Part shown: piece by piece, positions 12,085-24,745 of the stretch | Layout of the letters: each line of letters begins with the position of its first letter | How positions within the stretch are numbered: position 1 is the stretch's first letter | From: Camelus ferus | Lineage: Eukaryota | Direction: 5' to 3' | Length of the DNA stretch: 64,000 nucleotides | Assembly: GCF_009834535.1 (NCBI RefSeq) | Contig: NC_045697.1 | Location: 91,204,001 to 91,268,000 of the forward strand | Notes under the pieces: generated by a model | What the model saw: only the letters and a program-made list of their open reading frames with translations | Database searches by the model: none | What the model was told of the DNA's origin: nothing | Made by a program: the position numbers and the translations under genes

Positions 12085-12315
12085 GGTGTCACAAAAAGAA
12101 CCTCACAAATCTAGGTTTGAATTTCAGATCTGTCATTGACTTGCTGGTGACCTTGGCCAAGTGACCTTCTGCTTCTCAGTACTTCTCCACAACGGGGAAA
12201 ATGGCACTTGGCTTGCAGAGCTGTTGGTAAGGACAGACAAATTGTATAAAGTGTTTAGAACAGTGCCTGGCCCATATGGGCTCAAAACTAAGTTGCTTTT
12301 GTTGTTACTGTTATT
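12085..12315 (+). mobile_element. MIR SINE
   Basis: GTGACCTTGGCCAAGTGAC...TAAAGTGTTTAGAACAGTGCCTGGC. Confidence 0.75.
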
Positions 12316-13064
12316 AATCATCTCGGCATACTGCTTTCCCACCAGATGCCTCTATTATAATGAACATAAAAACCCTATTGAACCTGAAATAATAAAATAA
12401 TAAAATGCCTCAAATTCAGAGACCACTTTTTGATCCAGAGTACTCAAAATCCTCCTGTCTATTCCTCCTCTGATTAGTTCTGTAAAGGAAAGGAGCACTT
12501 TCATGAGGACCTCTGAGAACAGGTGCAGGGGTGGGGGTAGGACAGGATATCACTGCCTGGCCACTTTCTGGCTGTACTGATTTCACCAGCCAATCCAGGC
12601 TAAATCAAGGAACAAAATGACACCAGGGGGAAGCTGAGCAGACTCTTCACCTCTTAGATAACCAAGGATGTCTTAGAGGATCCCATCCACTACACAAAAT
12701 GCAAATCGAGTCACCTGAAAAAATAAATAAAGAATTTGGAAAATGAGCAATTTACACAAAAGCTAAGATTTGAAGCAAAGATGTGGATTTCTCTCAAATA
12801 TCATTTTTAAAAATTTTGTCCAGAATTAGCCCAGTCATTGCTTCCGTTCTCAGCTTTTCTCAAGCTGTCAAAAGAGAGCCAAACTTAGTTCCCTCAGGTT
12901 TTTTGCTGGCTGCAAAATGATACGAGGCCCTGCATCTCCTCCCTGGTGTTTCAGTCCTTTCTGTTTGCGATTGCTTCATCCACCACCTGCCTCACGCCAA
13001 CTCTCTGCCTACTATTTTCTTCTCTGTCTCCCCTTCCTGTGTGGCCACTTGGCCAGCTTGCCAG

Positions 13065-13190
13065 CAGTGAATTGGCCGGGAGCAGTGGGCCGTCACGTGA
13101 CGGAATCCCAGCCGCTGTGAAGCACCCACGTCTGAGTTTTCCATGACGCACCTGCTGCCGTCACATTGGCTCCCAAGTAAATAAATGGTC
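13065..13190. promoter_or_regulatory. CpG-retaining promoter/enhancer-like core (E-box/CLEAR, two CCAAT boxes, CRE half-sites, forkhead)
   Basis: 14-bp palindrome CCGTCACGTGACGG (13090-13103); ATTGG at 13071 and 13165; CCACGT 13126; TGACGCA 13144; CGTCA 13159; GTAAATA 13177; 8 CpGs in ~90 bp. Confidence 0.55.
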
Positions 13191-13254
13191 AAATCTTTTC
13201 CAAAAGTGGTTTTGACAAAGAGCAGCTTAAATCACGAAAGATGTTGACAAATGG

Positions 13255-13870
13255 GCTGCTATCTGAGTCAGGCAACCCATTTGAACAAGAACAGATAAGG
13301 CCCACCCCTTTATCCCCTTGCCTTTTTACATTGATATTCCCGTCGAGACAAAGGGAAAGAGGAAAAGGAAACAAAGGCAGATCTTTAGCTCTGACTGTCC
13401 CAGAGTTGATTAGGATGCTGATCTGTGTGGCAGGTTTCTAGGTTCTCACCCAACTTCTTGGCTGCTATTCAAAGGATTTAACAGTGCTCTTTGTAAATAG
13501 TGGTGTACAAAGCCGGTCTAAAAATAGTACATTTCCAGGGTCTGAATTGGGTGAGTGAAATGAGTGGCAACGGCTGTATTGTACAAGGCAGATTACAAGC
13601 AAGTTACTCGATGGTACTTGATATGCAGGGTTATTCACATGCTTCATCTGGTTTGGTTAAATAATGCAAACATATTTACCAACGTGCATGATCATTTTGT
13701 TTATTTGTGCTCTGGAGAGCTTGTTTGTGTGTTTATGACCGACAAATGTACATGCTCTATTTTCTGACAATCAAACAAAGCTCTCCCAGTGAGGTAAATA
13801 GCTGAGTTAAATAGTGGAGCCGACACTCCTGAGAATCGCTGATGTGACACTCTGGTGGTTGTTAATGACA
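13255..13870. promoter_or_regulatory. Enhancer-like motif cluster (AP-1, GATA, MEF2, multiple forkhead sites)
   Basis: TGAGTCA 13264; AGATAAG 13293; CTAAAAATAG 13518-13527; forkhead-like sites at 13493, 13666/13673, 13698, 13730 and 13794, in apparently repeat-free DNA. Confidence 0.4.
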
Positions 13871-14609
13871 GGTTTCCTGCTGCGCTTGCTGCCCTAAAGG
13901 ATTTTTTGCTGAAGGTGGGAATCAACAAGAGGCTCTGCTGGTTGGGGTTGGGGGGAGGGGTTGCTACGAGGTCTGGCTGAAATCTCTCTAGAAACCCTGT
14001 GCATGAAAGCTTGCGCCTCACTAGTAATTTTTCACTGAGGGAGCTACTGTGTTGTTTTTGCTTGCCCTTGCTCCTGTGGCTGGGTTGTTGTGTGGGTCGG
14101 CGGAGACTAGAACAGTTGTTGGCATCGCCGATTGTGACTGTTGATGGCAGGTCACTGGTAACTTTCAGGCTAAGGGAGAATTCCAAAGGAGCATTAAATA
14201 AGAACATTATTTTCTGAAACGAAGTTGCTGGGAATGTGTTTTGCAGTCATTGGAAAGCAAGAGACACCCCTTCTATTTTCAGCTGTAAGTGGTGGTTGTT
14301 CCTATATATTTTGCGGAGAGAAATGTCCTCATGCCAAAACACAATATAATTATTTCCTACATAAGTAATTGTCTTTTAGGCAGTTTGGAGACTCTCTCAT
14401 TTAATACAATGTGAAAACTCTTAGGTAAAGCCTTCAGTTGTTCTGGCAGGTCCATTTCCTCTTAGAAGATGGAAACTTGAAGGGGTTGGACCAGGGAAAT
14501 ACATAAAAGAGGATTTTAAAAAAAAAACCCAGTCTGTCACTTTAGGAGAAACATTTCTCCTACCCAAATTTCATGCCTTTAACTTGATACAGTCTTAGGT
14601 AAATTGGGT

Positions 14610-14795
14610 TTGACAGTCTGGGAGTGTACATTTTGACACTCCTTTCTCCTTTACTTATGTATGACTTTGGGAAAGGTACAAAAACTCTTTGATGCTCCAG
14701 TTTCCTCATTCATAAAACAGTGAGAATAATACCCACTTCATTATGAGGACTAAATTAGGTAATGTAAGTAAAGCACTTGGCCCATGGTAATAAAT
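14610..14795 (+). mobile_element. MIR SINE
   Basis: GTATGACTTTGGG...CAGTTTCCTCATTCATAAAACAG...AATGTAAGTAAAGCACTTGGC. Confidence 0.7.
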
Positions 14796-16141
14796 GGGAG
14801 TCAATTAGACAGCATTCCTGGACATACCCTCTCATCTGCCTAATATCCTAGTTTCCCTCAACATAGGTATTATCTCATAGGCCTAGTACTGTGCAGATGT
14901 CAGATTCCTTTTGATAATTACCACTATTATTATCCTGGTTGTTGAAGAATGAACAGTCCAGAGAACATTAAATCAGAATTTCCTGTCATTTCCCTCTTTA
15001 TAACCAGCAACATGAAAATAGGGGTTAATTTCTCTTTGGAGCAGTCTTGGAAGATAACATAATTCATGAGTTGGGCCATTCTGGAATTTCCTCAGTCTGA
15101 CTTTTATTTCTTATGCTAAGGAATTATAATTTTTTCTAATAAGGTAGATAATTTGCTTACATCCATAAAGAGTCAGAAAAACAACATAGATTTCATCTCT
15201 CGTTTGAGACTGAATCTTTGCAACAAATGAATGATTATAACTGAATAGACTTTGGTGGGAGGCGCACTCTCAGGCATGAGCAAAGTGAGCTCAGAAAGAG
15301 CCTGATACAGTAGTTATGGAGAAATGAAGAGCCAAATAACATCCTAAAGGTCATGGTCACAGCAAAGACATTTATCCACCATGCTTGTAAAGTTAAGAAG
15401 GTCGTATGAGGTAGCTCTATAAATGGGAGGATCGAACTGTGTAAAATAAAATGTAGATGGTACCTCGCTAGTATCTACTCTCAAGATTGGCTTTCAGTAT
15501 CTGGGCTACAGTGTTCTAAACTTACTCTACCGAGAAGGATCACTTGATGTTTAGTGATCATTATCCAAAGTTAACTAAGTTCCTATAAACAAAATCTCAG
15601 CCAAATATATGTAAATATTGGAATTGACCTTTTTATAAAATTTTCACATCATTTTACTTAAAAATCATGTCAAAAGGCAGAGGATTTTGAAAATTGTCCA
15701 AGTTTCATTTTCACTGGCCAAATTGAATTGATTCCTCTGTTTTCTTTTCAGAGAGGCACAATCTTGCCTCTAAGGGGCTTCTCTTCTCAAAGGGATGAAA
15801 TGTACAAACACAGCAACTAAAAGAATGCCACTATCTCTTTCAATTCATTTGAGATTTGTTTTGCTTTTCTGTTTTATTGCAAGCCTATCTACTAATGTGC
15901 TGACTGTATTCTAGGCATTGAGAGGGATTAAAAGCTGTCACTGTGCTCATGGATCTTGTTGAGAGAGAAATGACTTTCATCTAAAAACCACTCAAGACAG
16001 TGTCCATAAGTGCCCAATTGAATTTAATCAGCTGCTAACATAATGGCAGAGATCACCAAGGCTGTGGATGGTTGACACCATGGAGGCTAGTGTGGCAGAG
16101 AAGTGGAATTTAGTAAAGGTAGATGGCGGGGGCAGGGTGGC

Positions 16142-16518
16142 TGTTACAGGCTGAATTATGTCTCCTTCAATTCATGTGTTGAAGATCTAACCTGAGAATG
16201 TGATTGTATTTGGATATAGGTCCTTTAAAGAGGTAATTAAATTAAAATGAGATCATTAGGATAGGCCCTAATCTAATATGACTTGTGTCTTTCTAAGAAG
16301 AGATTAGTACACACACACACACAGAGGAGAGATCATGTGAAGACACAAGGAGAAGATGGCCATCTGCAAGCCCTGAGGAGAGGTCTCATAGGAAATCAAC
16401 TCTGCTGACACCTTGATTTCAGACTTCTGACATCCAGAAGCACAAGAAAATAAGTTCCTATTGTGTGAGCCACCCAGTCTGTGGCACTATGTTATGGGAA
16501 CCCATGCAGACTAATACA
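16142..16518 (+). mobile_element. MaLR solo LTR (MLT1B-like)
   Basis: TG...CA ends; TGTTACAGGCTGAATTATGTC...GACACCTTGATTTCAGACTTCTG...GCCACCCAGTCTGTGGCAC...CTAATACA. Confidence 0.85.
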
Positions 16519-17467
16519 GTGAAGGCTGAGAGAGATTTGTTTAGGTACAGAAGAAGGCTCAAGTGGGTGCTACACTTCTCTGTCTCCTGTTATTAAACAT
16601 CAAATTCTTATTTGCATTTTATTTTCCTTCTTTGTGTCCTTGTCCTACTATTAGATGTAGAAGTTAGAAGATGATGGGGAGAAGGGAGATGGGAAAGGGA
16701 TTGGGGAAGGGAGAAGTGGAAATCTTTAACACCAGACTAGTGTTTTACTAGAGATCATCAGATATGGAAAAGCCACAAAAAGCAGCAACTATAAAGGCAG
16801 TGAGCAGTTTTAAAACTAAGGGATGGCATTACAAATAAGGAACCATAGAGTGTTTAACAAGATTATCGAAAATCTGAAATTTATCTGGACTTGATAAGGA
16901 GGTCTTTATTGTTCACTTGAGACCTCTTGATAAACTCAGCCTCTCTCTTCTAAAGATACATTCCAATATTATCATTATAGTTATGACTTATTTGATATTT
17001 ATAACACCCCAGGGTTGCCTTCCTACCACATTATGTTTGCCCTGTTGAAATATATTTTTTTACAATGGATATAAATGATGTAAATGTAATATGGAAACAT
17101 TTATATCAATAGCAAAGACATGGCTGGGCTACTTAGTCAAATAGGACATGTCACTCAAGTGATTCTCATTACCCATTAAATATTTCCCAGGGAATCAAGG
17201 GCTTTCAGTTGGTCAAGAAACATAGTAGGGACAAATATACCAGTATGTGAAGATAAAATGCTGCCTCAAATCTAAGCTGCTAATGTAGGAAGACCCTGAA
17301 ACTCATCTAATATATTCTACCACGCAGACATAATTTGTTTTCAGTGGTGATGTCAATAGATTTATGCTTAAATGGCCATATGCATGTTGTGGTTCTTAAG
17401 GAAAGAGCTTATGTTTGGTCTAAGATCCTGTGAGAACTTTAAGTCTCAGTAGTGAATTTAGAGAAAT

Positions 17468-17988
17468 TGTTACAGAATCCAAACTCATTCTGCTCGCCGC
17501 ACGACAAGCCAATAAATCGGGAGATGAGGTATTAGGGCAAAGAGTAACGACCCTATTTGGAAAGTAGGCAGACAGAGAAGATGGGAAACTAATGTCCTGG
17601 AGAACCATCTTCCCCAAGTCAGAATTCAGGCTCATTTTATACTAAAAAGTAGGGAGGGGTGTGGTTGGTTGTTGCAAACTTCTTGGTGTCGAAATTCTTT
17701 GTTCTTGCAGCTGTCCACCTAGGTCAGGTCAGGATGTTCCTCTAAACCTCCAAAAAGATGAATGTTATTTTCTGTTCTGCAACTTCTTATGTCTATATGA
17801 ATGGAAAAGTGTTATACCTTTAAAGGTCAGAGCCTGGAGAATGGTCTGTCCTGTGTATTTCAGGCTATAGGCAACATTCTTTTACAAGAGGAGCAGAACC
17901 AGCAGGACTAAGCACAGGATACAGAGCACAGGGTTAGAGCTAAAGGAACAGATTTAATATGGAGTCAGATTTGTTCTTCCCTGTTACA
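17468..17988 (-). mobile_element. ERV1-class solo LTR
   Basis: TGTTAC...TGTTACA ends with a perfect 4-bp TSD AAAT (17464-17467 and 17989-17992). Confidence 0.85.
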
Positions 17989-18569
17989 AAATGTTTCTTT
18001 CACTACAATTTTGCAAGTTGTACTGGGGAGTTGGCAGGAAATAGAATTACTGAGGAAGATTTTTATACTCTGACTTAAACTATTAGGAGCACATTTAGTG
18101 TGGAGTATAGTTCTCCCTTCAGAACTCTTTTTTGTTCTACAGAGAAACAAAAGGCCTGGGTGCCTTCAGAGGACCCTTCTGGCAAAGGCCTGAGGCCTTC
18201 CCATAAGAAGTTCCTGCCTTGGGCAGCTTATAGCCTCGGGGGGTCATGCCAGGCTCTGTGTCAACCTGCAGCTCTGCTTTGCATGCTCACCGTTGTTGAC
18301 CCTTTGGTCCAGATTCATGTTCTCCATTCATGGAGAGCCTTGATCTGGATGCTTTGACCTTCAGTTTCTGGGCCGAAGTGCCACTTTAATCAGCTTCCTA
18401 TACTCACAGGACAGTATTCTTTACTCTCATGCCCAGTCCTTAGTTCCAGGATCCCAGGCTGAGCCTCTGGTTTCCCAGGAGAAAAGGGTGATCATGTAAA
18501 ACATCTTGAGTGCTTTTCTTTGTATCTTTGTCGGTATTAAAATGCTTGGGAAACATGTATTGCATGAAT

Positions 18570-18652
18570 GAAAGAAAAAGAGAAAAGAAAGAAAGGAGGG
18601 AGGAAGGGGAAGGGAAGGAAGCAAGGCAGAAAGGAAGAAAGAAGGAAGGAAT
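18570..18652. repeat. GA-rich low-complexity tract after an L2 3' end
   Basis: (GAAA)/(GGAA) array seen directly. Confidence 0.8.
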
Positions 18653-19154
18653 AAATGTTGTCTTTTTGCAAAGTTGCTGCACTTGCAAACGTGGTCTGTA
18701 GCAGTAGGAAAAAGCCAGCTAATTTTCTGCAGCAATTCTGTTCTTAGTATTCTCTTTGACCATTAGCCCTAACCATTCCCTCCTAACCTACCCACTTCTG
18801 TAGAGAGCACTTTTCTCCATAGAAGGATTTTTCCTGCCATCATATCACCAGAAATGAGATTTTCCAAGGGTAGGCAGACATGTTTCACAGAACACAGCAA
18901 GAAGCCAAATTTAGGAAGATAAGGAAAGTCTAAAAAGTACATAGCCTGCCCTATTTATCCTAGTGGTGTTATTATTGCCAGATACTGTGTTAATCCTAAT
19001 TTCTTCCATTTCAGTTATCATAAGGTCCTACATGCCCCAGAATATCTGAGTAGTTTTCCCCAACTCTTCTCTTAGAGTCTTCATATCTGGTATCAGAGGA
19101 AGGGAGAAGAAAAGTAACACCCCCATTATGTGACAGATACTGGGCTAGGTTCCT

Positions 19155-19694
19155 GTGGAAAATGTATGTTAGAATGTCCACCCAGCCTGTAAAGATCCCC
19201 TCAGTATACTGCTCACCACAGGGTGAGTCCCTTCAGCTGTGTTTACACTCTCTAAGTCTACACTCCACGGTCCCAGCCACCACCCAGTCATGGCCACAGC
19301 GAACTCCTGTCATAAGGTAAAGAACCAGACTCTATTGTAAGACATCAGATTTGGAGTTATGGATTCCTTCTACCTCTGTGTTGGTGTCTTGAAAAGTGAT
19401 ATATAAACTCAAAAGCTATGAACAGTCACATTCTGTCAGCTCTGTTGGCTTGGAGGAGAGAGAGCCAACCCTCATAAAAAGGATTAAAAACAGATAAGGA
19501 GAAGCTACAATGCATTTCTCTTGGTGACTTTTTATTTTGGGGTTACAGCCTTATTATAAGCCTTCTTGACTCTAAGAATGATGGAATATCACTATAACCT
19601 TACAATTAATTTTGTCTCAATCTCTCTTACTTTTTTCTTTAAATCAGCTCAGGTTGGTTTCTGTTACCTGGAATGAAAAGAATGCTAACTAATA
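19155..19694 (+). mobile_element. Old ERVL/MaLR-type LTR (LTR33/MLT1-like), apparently inside a MIR
   Basis: 3' end GTTGGTTTCTGTTACCTGGAATGAAAAGAATGCTAACTAATA; MIR-like sequence on both flanks. Confidence 0.55.
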
Positions 19695-21044
19695 ATGCCA
19701 TGCGCACGCTCTACATTTATTTAACATGATCACAACAGATCTGCGAGGTATTTCCTGTCTCTATTTTACCAATGAGGGAGCAGGAATGAATAACTAAATT
19801 GCCTAGGCTTTATGCCTTATAAATTTCAGGGATGGCATTTGAAGCCAGGTTTTATAGCATCTAAAACCTTAACTTTTCCCATTGAGCCCTGTCCCTTGGA
19901 AGGTGCTCTGACTGCTGGGAGAATCTTCCCCCACGGCCTCAGAGAGACACTAAAGTTTTGTAATTCTTGAGGTAACAAAGATTCCAGGGATCACAGTCAC
20001 CCCCTGGCTACTGATTCCCTGGCAGGACACCAATTTCTGCCTGTTCTGTCTGCCCCTTCCCATTGGGAACACAGACTGTGGGTTTTTCTAGGGCTGGAGG
20101 AGAAGCTCCTAGGCTCCACACCCCACCCCAACCCCCTGCGAAAGAAACATAATCAAGTCCAAAAGGTTTATCTGTCCTTTGGACATGTCTTCTGACCTCT
20201 GTTGGTTAGCAGGGTGTTACAACACCAGGCTTGTTGCACTGCAAGATGTCTTCCCTTGCATAATGTGCAGAACACTCCTTCCACTGGAAAATTGAACCAA
20301 CATGGGTCAATCTATTCTTTCCCAAGAACATAGGGTCCCTTTTCCTTCCACTGAGGGCTATTTTCTGATTCCTTTGGTGGATTTTGGAATCCACCATTCA
20401 CATTCTGTTGGAGAGGTGAATATGCTGCCCATGTAGGACCCGTGACCCTTGTCTGGCCAGGGAAGTGCTCTGGGACTCCTGTCTTGTCCCAGGCCTTTGG
20501 TACCCTGATACATGCTAAAGACATGGACATATTTACCCAGTCTTTCTAATGACTTGGGTGATGATTAAATGACCTTTTTTGTGCTCAGAGTAGAAACGGA
20601 AATTATTATTCTCCTTCCATGGACCCTGAGCCCAAGTACTGGGGCCAAGTTCTTGGTGTTAGAATTCTCTCCCTTCTGAGGCAGATCCAGCGTAGCTCTA
20701 CGGAGATGATAATTGATTTGTTTCCCCTGTGTGATGATTCAGATGGACATTTGATGACTGCTGGAACCACAGTAGCCTGGCCAAGGTTTACAAAAGAGAA
20801 ATAATAATTATAATTTGGAGATCAGTCCCCACTCCCATCTCCATTTTCAGTTTCCTGTATCTGATAAAACTGTGGCAAAGTAGTGGCCACTTCAAGAATC
20901 TGGATTAGTTGTTCCACTGATAGTTTTCTTAAATTCTTGCAGGGAAAGGTAAAGGAGACTAAGATTTAATGTTAGAATAATCTCACTTCAGTACCTGGCA
21001 CAGAGTAGTCTCTGAATAAACGTTAAAAAGATGAATTACAATAA

Positions 21045-21915
21045 TACATTATAAACCATTGAATGAAAAAAGGGATCTATGATACATCATGATACTCAAT
21101 GATAGACAGAGACAGAGGAAGTGATAGTGAGAGAAAGAGGAGAAAGAAGAAGAGAAAATTCTTATCTACAGAAGAAGAACATTTAATGAACTAGAAGAGA
21201 TAAGATTAGGGGGAAAAAATCATTATTTTGCAATCCCAGTGTAATATTTGGTCCAGGCAAGGATCATCAACAAATGCTAAAGCCACTGGGTGAAGGGTCG
21301 TTAGGAAAGAAGTTATTCACAAGTTTCAAAATATCAGCTACTAGATCATTTATAAATTACTAAGGGGAAAGGAGAAATATAGCAAGTAACATTTTAATCA
21401 TGCTATTACTCAAAACACCTCCAAAAAGGGAACAAAGTGACAGACATTATGTCTCTCTTGATATGATGTAGTCTGAAGTATGCAACAATGTCACCTATTA
21501 ACATTTTCTCAAAAAATATTTCGATGAAAGCTGATTATGAGGAAACTCATAGAAATTTAAAATGTTAGACTTTATATAAAATAAGTTACCTGGACTTTTC
21601 AAAAAAAGTTAACCTCATGAAAGATGAACAAGATAGAGAGCTGGTTCTAGATTAAAGAAACCAAGGAGACATAACCATATCTAATATGTGAACTCTGAAT
21701 GGATTCCAGAGTTTAAAAAACTATAAAGAACATTTTGGAGTCAATTAGGGAAACTTAAATATAGTGATATTACCCAGCATTAAACTTCTTATGTGTAACA
21801 ATTGTTCTGAGGTTGTGCTCTTGTCTTACAAGATACATCTTGAAGTATTTAGGGATAAAGTGTCAAGATGTCTGCAATTTTCAAATGGTTCAGCAGTAAA
21901 ATTATACATATAGTA

Positions 21916-21955
<40 letters not shown>

Positions 21956-22085
21956 AGAGAGAGTAACTGGAGCAAAATGTTAATAGTTATTGAATCTAAG
22001 TGAAGACTATATATTGATTGTACTATTCTTTCAACTTTTCTGTGGGTTTGAAAATTTTCAAATAAATTGCAGAGGAAAAAAAAAT
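21045..22085 (+). mobile_element. L1MC4-like 3' UTR containing (TG)n at ~21918-21951
   Basis: CAGGCAAGGATCATCAACAAATGCTAAAGCCACTGGGTGAA...CTATTCTTTCAACTTTTCTGTGGGTTTGAAAATTTTCAAATAAA. Confidence 0.75.
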
Positions 22086-22247
22086 AAACTGCAGAAGAAC
22101 AGACTGACTTTCACTTAATGAAGGAGTTAAAAAGCCCAGGTAGTTCTTTTCATGAAAGAGGTGAGACAAATTGGAAAGTTAGGCAGAATAAATAGGAAAT
22201 AGAATCACAGAATGTTATAAGTTGAAGGATCTTTAAAGTCTAATGTT

Positions 22248-22500
22248 CAGTTTGGTTCTGAGAAATGATCCACAAGGAAAAGTCTTCTGGCTAAATAAAT
22301 TGAGGAAACAAGGCATTTCTCTCTCTCGGAGAATCACAATGAATATTATTAGCACATTAAGGTTCTGAGTAAGGAAATGTGTTTAATATTGATTAACATC
22401 ACAATTCCTAAACTTATTTGACCTTGGAACCTCTTTTTTAAAATGTTACCCTTATTAATTTCCTCAGAAACAATGTTCCCCAGAATAGACTTAGAGAAAC
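22248..22500. mobile_element. hAT-Charlie non-autonomous element (MER103C-like) inside a MIR
   Basis: GAGAATCACAATG...ATTAAGGTTCTGAG...TTCCTAAACTTATTTGACC resembles recalled MER103C. Confidence 0.65.
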
Positions 22501-23979
22501 CTTAATCCAGATCAACATCCTTATTTAACAAGTAGAGAAACAGAGGTTCAGACTAGTTGATTTTCTCAAGGTCACAGTAGAAGTGCTGAAGCAAGAACTC
22601 AGATGAGGGGAAGGTGATGCAAAAACAATGCTTGGTAGTGATCACAGAAGAGGAGAAAATGTTTCTCACAAAGATCACACTGATTGAAATATTTAACACC
22701 ATTTTAACCAGCAAAAATCCCACATTTTATCCCATTTATATAAGTTCTACATATAGGATCTGTTTTGCAAACATGACACCTTTGTTTATAACTACGGAGA
22801 CATATGTTGTTTACTAATATCATACTGCATGTGAGAAAATGGAATGCCTTCTGTATGTGATGCAAAGCTAAGTTTCATCCTGTTGTGTGGACTAAATATT
22901 ACATGGAATGGTGATAGAACTGGCCTGTCTTAAGTTACATTATTTACTCTAACTGTTCTGATAGGCTAAGGGGGAAAAATACTCCAAGTCTTATCGCGCT
23001 ACCAGCCAACCACATTAAGAACGTACATCTGCTTTAAAACTACACAATTTCTGTTCTAGTGCCCAAGCAGATTTGCTTTGGGCTCAAGCAGTTATCAAGC
23101 CCGGCTCTGTCTCTGATGGCTGCAGTTTGCATTTGGAGCATGAGCACAGCCCTGGTGCAGGACGGGCAGTCTCAGTCAACAGATGTCTACTCCCCTTGTA
23201 AAGGCGCTGCTCTGTCTCACAACTGGCAAAGAGAGCTGAAAGAGTTCCCCTTCCCTTTATGGCTTTTATCTCTCTGGTTAATAGGGGATGATGCTTAGAG
23301 GAGGCAATTCTTGAGCAATAAATCCAGACAGCAAGTAAAGCAAGGAGAGAGAGAAGAAAATGACAATGTAAGAAGTTTCCTTTGTTTACTATGTTTAATT
23401 GGCATTCCACACATGAATGAAGAAGAGAAGAGGTTCTCTCCCAGGGTGACTGGGAAAGGGAAAAAGGTGGGTTTCCTCTGTCTGCACAGTTTTTAATGTG
23501 CAAATTAGTCGGAGTCTTTCCCAGCCCGAGAGAGTTTTGTAGTTCTGCACACAGGGCCAGGGTCTCAGTGGGTGCTCAGTAAATATTAATTGAAGAGGAT
23601 GATGGCTTTGAGGAGTGGGCTTAATTACATTCTCTTAGGCACAGCCCTCTAGGTGCACACAAAGGTCACTGTCTCTTGCCCAGGGCACTACCCGAGTGGC
23701 CCCTTCGGTTAATGAGAAAGGTCTCTGTTCTCCCATTTGTCTTCCACCTCATCTGCAGTCTCCTTCCCAACCCACCCTGCCATCTGCACTCAGAGGTTGA
23801 TGAGAACAAAACAGGGAAGCACGGAAACAACAGCTGCTGCAGCCTCACTGCTTGTGTGGTCTTCCTCCACGGGACCCTCCACGGTACCCCTCCTTGAGCT
23901 GGCAGGAAGTGGAGGGGCTGAAAGCGTTGGCGAGAGAATTGGCTGGGGGGCTGCAAAGGGGAGCATGGCGTGGGGGATT

Positions 23980-24745
23980 GTGTTATCATTCCCAGCAACT
24001 CACACTCCTACTAGGATCACACAACTCTCAGTGCCTCCTGTGGGGGAGCACGCAGGTTCTGCACCTTTACCATCAGGCTTGGGCATGTGAGTACTTTGGC
24101 CTATGGTATGTGGGTAACCTTGACTATGCCTCATCCAAGCACAAGCTCTAAAAGCCTGCTATGGACTGAATGTTTTCCTCCTCGCAGATTCATATGTTGA
24201 AGCCCTAACCCCCAATGCAATGGTATTAGGAAGTAGGCCTTTGGGAGGTAATTAGGTCATGAGGGTGGAGGCTTCAGGAATGAGATTGGTGCCCTTATAA
24301 GAAGAGACATGAGAGAGATGATCTTTTTCTATCAGCCATGGAACAATACAGTGAGAAGACAGCTGTCTGTAAGCCAGGAAGCTGACCCTCACCAGACTCT
24401 GTATTTGCTGGTACCTTAATCTTGGACTTCCCAGGCTCCAGAACTGGAAGAGATAATGTTTGTGGTTTAAGCCACAGCTGTATGGTAATTTTGTTATAGC
24501 AGCCTAAACTGACTAAGACAGACTCATTGTAGGTTGCCATCAGCTCTCTTGCTATTTTACCTTTGCCATAAGAATGACATGTCCAAAAATGGACTATTCT
24601 TTCAGCCTGGATTTGAAATGAAGAAAACACATAAGGCCAGTTTTGGTGCATATGTCTTCTTCATCACAGATCCCAGAAAAAAGCCTTTGTGGTTGCAACT
24701 AAAATTTGGGGGTTGTTTGTTATAGCTGCAGAGCTAACTGATTCA
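23980..24745 (+). mobile_element. Old MaLR LTR (MLT1I/J-like) split by MLT1A0
   Basis: GCTTGGGCATGTGAGTACTTTGGCC before the insert; TTTGGGGGTTGTTTGTTATAGC...GCTAACTGATTCA after it. Confidence 0.6.
24157..24520 (+). mobile_element. MaLR solo LTR (MLT1A0-like)
   Basis: TGCTATGGACTGAATG...TTTGTTATAGCAGCCTAAACTGACTAAGACA. Confidence 0.85.

Noticed and set aside
12900..14200. Classical CpG island
   Set aside because: CpG enrichment is limited to patches of ~100 bp or less; reported as a motif cluster instead.
13701..14207. 168-aa minus-strand ORF
   Set aside because: No recognisable domain and no ATG at the listed start; an ORF this long can occur by chance in locally GC-richer DNA.
23866..23893. 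12-bp tandem duplication CTCCACGG(G/T)ACC
   Set aside because: Ordinary slippage duplication with two units.
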